Part shown: positions 30,001 through 39,000 of the stretch, in pieces
How positions within the stretch are numbered: the first letter of the stretch is position 1
Layout: every line of letters begins with the position of its first letter
Source of the DNA: Lytechinus pictus
Lineage: Eukaryota
Assembly: GCF_037042905.1 (NCBI RefSeq)
Contig: NC_087245.1
Coordinates: forward strand, 9,426,001-9,486,000
Direction: 5' to 3'
DNA: 60,000 nucleotides
The notes under the pieces: generated by a model
Told to the model about the DNA's origin: nothing
The model's database searches: none
Seen by the model: the letters and a program-made list of their open reading frames with translations, nothing else
Translations under genes and position numbers: made by a program

Positions 30001-33000
30001 TCCCTCCTGTGGCTTTGTTATTATGAACATTCGAAAATATGTTATCAATCTGAGTTGATGAATTCAAGTTAATCCTTGTGGGTTTATTAATGATAGAAAT
30101 AAAGCCAAACGAATATATCAATTTCATGAAATTGGATGAATTATTAATGTCAGATGAGGGCAAGAAGTTAATATTAAAATCACCGAGCAAAAAAAAATGT
30201 TTGTTTTCATTCCCTATTTCATGAAGAAAATATTCTAGTTCATCGTGAAAACGATCGATATTTGTATCAGGGGGTCTATAAATTAATCCTATGATGATAT
30301 TTTTGGAATTAGAATTTTCAATCTCTATAAACAATGACTCTGCATGCAATAATTTAACATCAGATCGAATCTTAAATTTGAGATTTTGTGAAATGTAAAA
30401 AGCAACTCCTCCTCCTCTTCTTCCCTTACGGTCCGCCCTTATTAATTTATAATTAGGTATATTAAACATGTCAGGAGAATTTTCATGTAGCCATGTTTCG
30501 CTTAAACCGATGACTGAAAACTGAAAGTTATTTAATGAGTGTAAGAGGTTAACTAAATATTCAAAGTTGCTATTTAGACTTCTTATGTTTGCATGTAAAA
30601 GGGATAGATTATCTGGAGTAAAATTAAATTCGTTGTTGAATTCTTGGGGAGTGTAATATTTGCTATCTTGCGGGTTCTCAATGAAAATATCTGGAGTAAA
30701 AGTATGTGACTCAAACAGGGGGACGTAAAAATGTAAAGTACCGGAGGTTTGGAGAGAGGTCAACTGCAATTGTGCAAGTGGTGCATGTGCGTGGGTGTGT
30801 GTGTACAGGTGTATTCATGTGTGAAAGTGGTGCTAGTGTATCAACAATAAAAACATAATATATGAATGCAAAAAAAGTAAGACCCATCTTGGTCAATGAT
30901 GGCTGGGCAGCAGAGCAGAGCTCGACCACCCTAAAAATACAATGGATAAGGCAATTTCAGCAAATAAAAACTTAGAGTTTACTACGAGGGGATTGGAAGA
31001 AGACAATATTTACAAAAAAGAACAATGAATCAACAAGATTGAGTCAATACTATAGATTTCTAAGCATGTAACAAAAAGATTCTTACATAATCTACATTGA
31101 ATCAATACATTGAAATCGCATTACACACTTTTCAGTCTGGAAAATACCGAGAATGGTCTACATCAAAGGGAGTATTTTTTTTCTCCTAGAAATCTGTTGC
31201 CGTGAGGAATAAATAAAAGAGGGAGACTGGAAATGAGCTTTGAATTAATTTGGAAGTATATAGAGAGTTCAAGAATGCACTACAAGCCCACTATTCACAG
31301 TTTAATAATATAGTAATGGATCTCTTTTCTGACAAACCGATTAAAATATTTGAGTAGTCAAAGAATAAGATGGGAACTAATTAGGGCCTTTTCTAAGTTG
31401 TACAAAGAGATTAAGCAGTTGGGGCCAAAAGAATGGGCGTATACGGCATAGTGATTGATTGAAAAAGTGGCAGGAAAAAACACTAGTGATTTCAAAATAC
31501 AAGACCAACACAATATAATGGATCCATCATGTGGCTGAAAAGACAAGACCAAAAACTAGTATACATTCTTGTGTATTAAGCATAACCAAGCATAATCAAC
31601 ACAATCAGGAATGATTTACTTAAAGGTAAATTGTGTCCCCCCCCCTCTCTCTCTCTTCCCTATTCTTCTTTTTACAAACGATTTAAAGGCTGTTGTTTTG
31701 ATCAATGACCGTCCAAAAGTAAATTTTATGAACAAAACAGCCGGATATCTACGTTGAAGTATGCATTCTTATACACGTGAATGTACAAAAACTATAGATA
31801 GAATTTTGTATACAGGTTGTTGCTGCTTTATAAAAAGAAATATATATTGTATGTCATGACTTGCCGCTGTGGAGAGAGAGAGAGAGAAGGGGAGGGGGGT
31901 GGTAATACTGATTGGTGCAGAGCAGGAGCGTTTGGTTCACTCATGCTATTCATCGACCAATAAAATTCATGAACAATGTTATAGGCGGGAAATGACCAGT
32001 GGTGCATAAAATCCACGCCCTGTTTGGCGAGACCTGTGGATATGGGCAAACGAATGAAGTGAATAAAAGAAGCTATATAATCGCTTTCTTACTTGACAAG
32101 TTGTTTAAAATATTTGGAAAAGTTAAGGAATGAATCGTATTATTAAGTTAGGACTCTGCTTATTTGAATAAGATTAAGCCGTTGCCAAACAAAGGGTATT
32201 GCCTTTTGGAATGAATCATAAAATTGGCGGGAAAAAATCTCTATAGAGAAGTAATTTAAATACATGTCAAGGACGAGATTAAATATAATGGTTACTTCAT
32301 GTACCTGAAGAGAATGTCACTGACATCAATATACACTCTATAGTCATGTGAGAGGGTGGACCCCCTCTCTCTCTCCCTCCCTTTACAATTGGCTCAAAGA
32401 ATGATCGTTAAACAACATTTGCATTAATCAATTCAGGTCTGTTGATAAAAGATAAAGGGATACTGATTTTGAACTAAGTGCAGATTATTGCTTCTTTACC
32501 AAATAATGTATTAATTACGTAATGAGATGTCATTAAATAGGCTGAGAGAGAGGGAGGGGGGGGGGTTGCATAGGCCAAAGCAGATTGCTTATTATGGTCA
32601 GTGCATAATGTTCTCTCATGCTCAATCGACCAATAATATTAATGAACAACGTGAAAGGCGGGAAATGACCATCGGTGCATAAAGGCCACGCCAAAGGGCC
32701 ACGCCTTATTGGGTGAAACCTGTGGATGTGGCATGCAAATTTAACTCCAACAATGCGTGTACAATAAGCAAAATCTTTAACAGTGTAACAATATGTCAAT
32801 TCAATAGTAATCTTTGTTGACGAACCGTTTAAAATATTTTATAAGTATAAGGTGAACACATGAGAAGCCCAGTAAATAATCTTTTAACAAAATGTATAAA
32901 TATTTTGGAAAGTCAAAGAATGAAATTGTGTCGGAATTTAGGACTGTACTTAATTGGATTAAGCCGTTGCCACATAAAGAGGTAAGCGTATAGGAATGAA

Positions 33001-36000
33001 ACTGAAAAGTGGCGGGAAAAACAACTGCATAATATGCAAGTAAATTTATTACATGTCAAGTACGAGACAAAAAAAATAATGGTTTCTCCATGTACCTGAG
33101 AGAACGCCACTGGAATTAATATACATTCTATACATTATGTATAAGCATAATCAACTATAAATGACATGATTTAGGTGAACCATATTCTCTCCCTCCCGCT
33201 CTCTCTTTCTTCCCTCTCTTTTTGGATCGACAGAGAGGATGTTCGTGACCAATTCCAGTCTGTATGTGAAATATAAAATTGGATGTTGATTTTTTTTTTT
33301 ACAAAACATACAAAATAGCGTCGAAGCATTATGATATGTAGAATAGGCGTGTTAAGAAAAGTCGATTTGTATAGTTATGCAGATATTTGTAAACAGATCG
33401 CTGCTGTATACGAAATAATAATAACATGCCATTGAATAGGAGAGAGAGAGGGGGGGGGGTGAATTAACATAGGTCAATGCAGTTTGGTTTGGAATGTACT
33501 CTCATACTCGCTCGACCAATAATATCAATGAACAGCGTGGAAGGCGGGAAATGACCATTGGTGCATAAAAAGCCACTCCTTATGTGGATGCTGCCATGCG
33601 AATTAAATACTACAATGTGTGTACAAGAAGCTTAACACTTTTCGGTGTAACAATAAGTCAATTCAGTAGTAATCTTGTCTGACGAACCGTTTAACATATT
33701 TGACAAGTCAAATAATGAATTCGTAATCCAATTGGGACACTTCTTAATTGGTTAAAGAGATTATGATGTGACACACAAAATGATGGGTTTGCAGTATAAT
33801 TAAATGGAAAAGTGGCGGGAAAAATATGTAAAATAGGAGATTGGAGTAATTCCTTCATCAGGTTTCATATACAAAAAAAAAAGTTTTTAATTCAAAGATT
33901 GATCTACGGAAAAGACCAACTGGTTAAACAAGAGAATTGTGTATGATAATAGTTTTGAAAACTTTAGTCATATAAAATACAAGACATATTATGAAGACAG
34001 TTTCTTCTTTTTCTTTTTAGGTAAAATTTACATAAAACATGTTTTAGCAAAATGAAGATCAACACCTATTGCAACCGATGTTAAGCAATCTTTATCTTAA
34101 TATTGATAATTATGATCGGCAATCACCATTGCACAGTCTGGAAGGTGTAGTTGTTAAGTACATTCCGAAAGAGAAAAATAAAATCAAAATCATTCAGTAT
34201 ATTTTGAATTATCTATGCTGTAATTTGCATTCGTTTCTCTGGTTTGTTTTGATTTTCCTTGATCGATTATAATTAATGGATTGCTTCCCTGGATCAGGGT
34301 ATCACAGAATTTAAAACACAGCAATAACAATAAGTATATCCATTTATTCAATGTATAAATGTCCAGGCTTCAAACGAACTTGATTTGGTATAAGGTTCCA
34401 TTCTTAAATGAATATGGGGGAAAAGTCATAAAGGCTGCTAGCAAATTTTGATTTTATTATTAACAGGTAGCATCAATAAAAATTCTGAGAAAACAGATAA
34501 CTTCACTTTTACCATATAAACCACCTCATTTATACTTGGTTAAACAAAAAATTGTAATAAAGAAAGAGAGAAAACAAGCCTGATCTGCCCCGATATCAAC
34601 AGTATAGGCTCGTGAGCAAAATGTACGATAATTGGTTGGACAAAAGTTAGCCTGAATCAAAATAAAAATATCAATATCATCATCATCATCACCATCACCA
34701 TCACTATCACCATCACCATCATCATCATCATCATTATGGTCTAACTTACCTTCGTGAGCCAAGAGAGCAGTTAAAGCACCATTGATTAGTTTCTCTTTGT
34801 TCTCAGCAAAGAATCCCTTCAATTAAAAGAATAACAACATTATTACAGAATAATTGAAATTGAAAATAATCACATGGGAAATTCCATTAAACAATCAACC
34901 TTTTGTACACATTGAACTATAACTGTGAAAACAAAACTGTATTTTATCTGGCATGTTAAATTCCACATTCATTTTGCATGATTAATAGATCATGATCATT
35001 ATGAATGGCGGTCTTTACTTCTGAACAGTTACAAAATTTGTCTAAGATCTGTGCAATATTCTGTACGCGTCATTATTTTTAAAGGATCTCAATTAATTTG
35101 GTCACATGTTATAATGGACAGCAGACATGGTAAGTTCTTATGAATTGAACACCTTGTGTAAATCATGCTTGGCCCAAGTAGTGAGAGGTTAATTTACATT
35201 ACTTACATCTTGTGTGACAGCATGTAAAAGACCACTATAAGATATGTTGTTATTGAACCTCATAACTGCTTCATCAAAGTTGTTGTCTGAAAAACATAAT
35301 AAAACAAAAAAAGAACACCCTTAACTTCAGATTTCCATGAAGACAGTATCTAAAAATCATTATTTCTGCCCAATACAACCATCTTTGTGCTCATTTGCTG
35401 ATTCTTAAGCAAAAGACTATACCAAATGAAATGATTTTACTTTATTTTTTTATCTAAACATTTAACTGGTAGGAACTATATTTTATCAAAATATTTTCCA
35501 ATAAGAAACTTCATAAGAATTCAAGCCATATTCTAGAATATAAACCCCTAAATTATACATAGCTTCCTCTTTCATTTTTATATCATATAAATAAAAAAGC
35601 ATTTTGAAGGGTTTATAATAGTAAAATAAGCTCATTTCCAAGAGAAGTTGCTAAATCTGACATAACACATTAAATATTCTAGAAATAATCAATACACAAA
35701 TATTCACATAACAGTCACTACACTTTTAGAATATTGGAATGCTATAATATAAGTGAAATATAATTCACATTTTTATTATCATTAAAATTCTTTAAATTAA
35801 AATAACTTACTGTATGGCACTGCTAAGAAGCGTAAATGATGACTCTCGACATCTTCATCGACTGGTACATAGAGGGGCTGCTGCCTTTGACCTCTATTTG
35901 TGAAGGTCATTTTTACACAGACATCTCTGTTGCCACTAGCCCTAACTCCATCTAAAACTCCAGCTATTAAATTATCCCTGAACACAAACAATGAAAAATG

Positions 36001-39000
36001 GAAAAGGAATCAATTTGGTAAACACTTTCCAGTGGACGGAGGTATCTGCAAACTTTCAAAACACGATGTCAAACACATTATGGTTTGATTGTTTTCTTGA
36101 TATGACATCATTCCAGCTTATTCTTTATCCAATATTTTGAAAGACACATATGAAAGCTGATAAACAAAGTTCAACTTACCTATCTGTTGATGTGTATTTC
36201 CTAATTTGACCTTTGACATACTCTAGAAAGAACATCTGTGGATTGTCTTGGCTACGGATTATTGCAAATATCTACAAGAAGATTAAAGAATGAAAAATAT
36301 CAATTAGTAGAGTCAAAAGGTGGTTTCAAACCGCCTCGATCACAAGAATCCCCGTTAAATTACGAGAACTTTTTTAGGCTGAAAAATACCCATTAATTAT
36401 TCCTGCATTCACACCGCCCTGAAATATACACTTCGGGATAAGTTCCTGAAGTTACGAGCATGCGCAGTATGGTCTGATAAGCAGCAAGGCGCGAAATTCA
36501 AAATCACTAGCCCAGCAGCAACCCATGCACGGCGCCGCACCCAACGACACGCTGGGCTAAAAGTTCCCGTAATTTGCTTTCAGACCGCCAAAATACCCAC
36601 GACCTTGGAAAAATCCCCGCGAAAGTTCTCGTAATTTCGCCAAGTACCTACTATTTATCGGGTATTTTCTTTCGGGGATATTACGCGTAGTTTGCTTTCA
36701 CACCGCCAAAATACCTGGTATTTTCTGATCGGGGTAAATTTCCCGATCAGAGAATACCTGGAACTGGCGAACTTCGAGGCGGTCTGAAACCGCCTATAGA
36801 TGTGATCAAATTTCATTTCATTAAACTGACAGGCTATCATACATAACAAACAAAGGAATTGTTTCAAATAGTACAAGTTTATCAGATTTCTATGGTTACT
36901 AAGAATACCCACTGATACATGCCTTGTGCAAGGATTTCTTGTTTGCAACCATCACTATGCTACAACAATTCTGTGACAATATCACTTTGATACGATATCA
37001 CATGAGATAGACTTACATCACATAGAGGTTTGACTGTGATAACGCTATAGCTAGCTGGATCTCTCTCTACTATACATGTCTCCGTAAGACATAAGACTCT
37101 CCTTTGAGGTTCGTTGTGTCTTGGTGTCCATTTCTGAACACCAAATTCTGCTAGAGATGTCAGTGCCTCATCCCCACTACAAGGAAACAAATGTGAAATG
37201 AACAATGTGATTTAGTATTTTTTTTAAAGTAGCAAAAAGGCATGAGTGTGATGGTAAAAAAAATTTGCGTAAGGTGAAAGAAAGATGCTCAGCTCAATTC
37301 AACCAGGCGTAGCCGAGTTGAGCAGTGTCTCTTTCTTTCACCAAACGCAAAATATTGTACAATTGCACGAATAAGAATATTGCAATTTGTCTTGTAGAAT
37401 GCATCAAAAGTAAAAGAAAATATGAAAACTCATTCTTTGAAAGGCCTGAAAAATATCAATCTTACTGAGAGAGGGAGCTAAATGTGATTTACTGTCAAAT
37501 TTATATTTTTCATACAGACAGAATCAATTAATGAAAAATGATGCAATGGTAATAACATATTTGTAAGATTTAAATGTTAGAATAACAATCAAAGATATTT
37601 ACATTCTTGAATCATTAAAAAAACTTTATCCTGGCTTTAAGATGTTCCTAGTAGTCCATATAAAACTTACCAGTACTTGCCAAGTCTGTTGTTGGTGAAC
37701 TGCTCAAATGATATGGGGTCTTTGCGTATTCTCAAAATTACTCCAGTGTAATTTGCTGCAAATTCAGTTGCTTGCTTGATCAGTTGATCTTTCTGTTCTG
37801 TGGCAAAAAGGTGCTGAAAGTAAAGCAACAGAGAAATTATCATTCAATCAGTGAAGATTTATTTCAGAGTAAATAGGAAACTGGTGCCCACATTGAAAAT
37901 GATCAGTGAGTTATGAATATATGTCTGTCCAATAATTTTATCTTATCACGTAAAATTTAAAAATTCGCTAATGGCTAACATGAGCTACCAGCTTTGACCT
38001 GCAAATGCAATTTCCAAATCTTATCCTGACCTATAATTTAATGTGGACTGACACATCAAAGATAAATTTTGTCCTCCAGTTTTCTTATTATTATATACAA
38101 TCCAATTTAGAGTCAGACACAATCCATGGACACACAGATGGACGGATGGCTGCCTCTAGAATTCGTTTGCAAGGGCATAATCATATCAATTTTGCTTGCA
38201 TAAACTAAAACAAAGTACATGTATAATATTCAATTTGACATACATGTACATGTTGGGATTAATGAGCATTAATTGTCAAAATTTTATGAAGAAGTCAATA
38301 CCCTTTTCCAAAAGCTGCTAATAATCTTACCAATCTGCTGAAGCCCCCATGGGCAATGGCAAAGCCACCGGGATATCCCGTCACCTGGGTGAACCCCTCT
38401 ATGTCCTTGTAATAGTAGGAGCATATAGTCTTTCCTGATGTTGCATCCTTCTGATCTATGGAACATGGAGTTACCTCAAGGACAACAGACCTTCTGTTGT
38501 CACTCCAATGATGCTTGTATGCATTATACCTCTGTCAAGAAAACAGTGTAGGAGTCATTGTCAAAATCACCACATGATGCAGAGATGCAAATGGATCATA
38601 TAACTAAGAATATATTCTGCTCTTACTATGTCCCATTAGTACATGTACATGGATAAGGGGAAAGAGGGGGAGAGTACATGGATAAGGGGAAAGAGGGAGA
38701 GAGGGGGTACAGGGTGAGGGAAGCAAGGAAAATAAGGGTCACCGAGGCAAGAAGAACAAGTTTTAAGGTGGTCATCAATTATACTAGTAATTTTTTTTCT
38801 CAGTATTTGTACCACTAATGCAAGAGGGCAGTAACATCAGCGACTGGTATGATTTTTGTTTTAATTTCTTACCATTATCGTGGGGCAGGGGTAGGAAAGC
38901 AAGAGGATGATGGAGCAAGCATACATTGTTGCATTGCATTATAGGTTATTTTATTGTCAAAAGAATTCAAAGAAAGTCAAATAGAATATCAATTCTTTCA

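Larger units (their letters stand above)
27435..34669 (-). mobile_element. Apparently full-length (~7.2 kb) non-LTR retrotransposon of the CR1/L2 group in DNAJC13 intron (after coding exon 11)
   Basis: APE+RT ORF. 3' hairpin (27622-27659), AATAAA and (AATC)n tail. 8-bp direct repeat ATCAATAT at 27427-27434 and 34670-34677, splitting an (ATC)n tract. Confidence 0.8.

Noticed and set aside
31358..33110. Idea that the LINE 5' monomers are decayed ORF1 or duplicated ORF2 C-termini
   Set aside because: The small ORFs show no convincing similarity to ORF2 or to known ORF1 domains by eye; the conserved blocks are short DNA motifs, not codon-patterned. A tBLASTx search would settle it.
34526..34749. 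Asp/Gly-rich extension of ORF 34526-34822
   Set aside because: Read-through past the gtaag donor into an intronic (GAT)n microsatellite.
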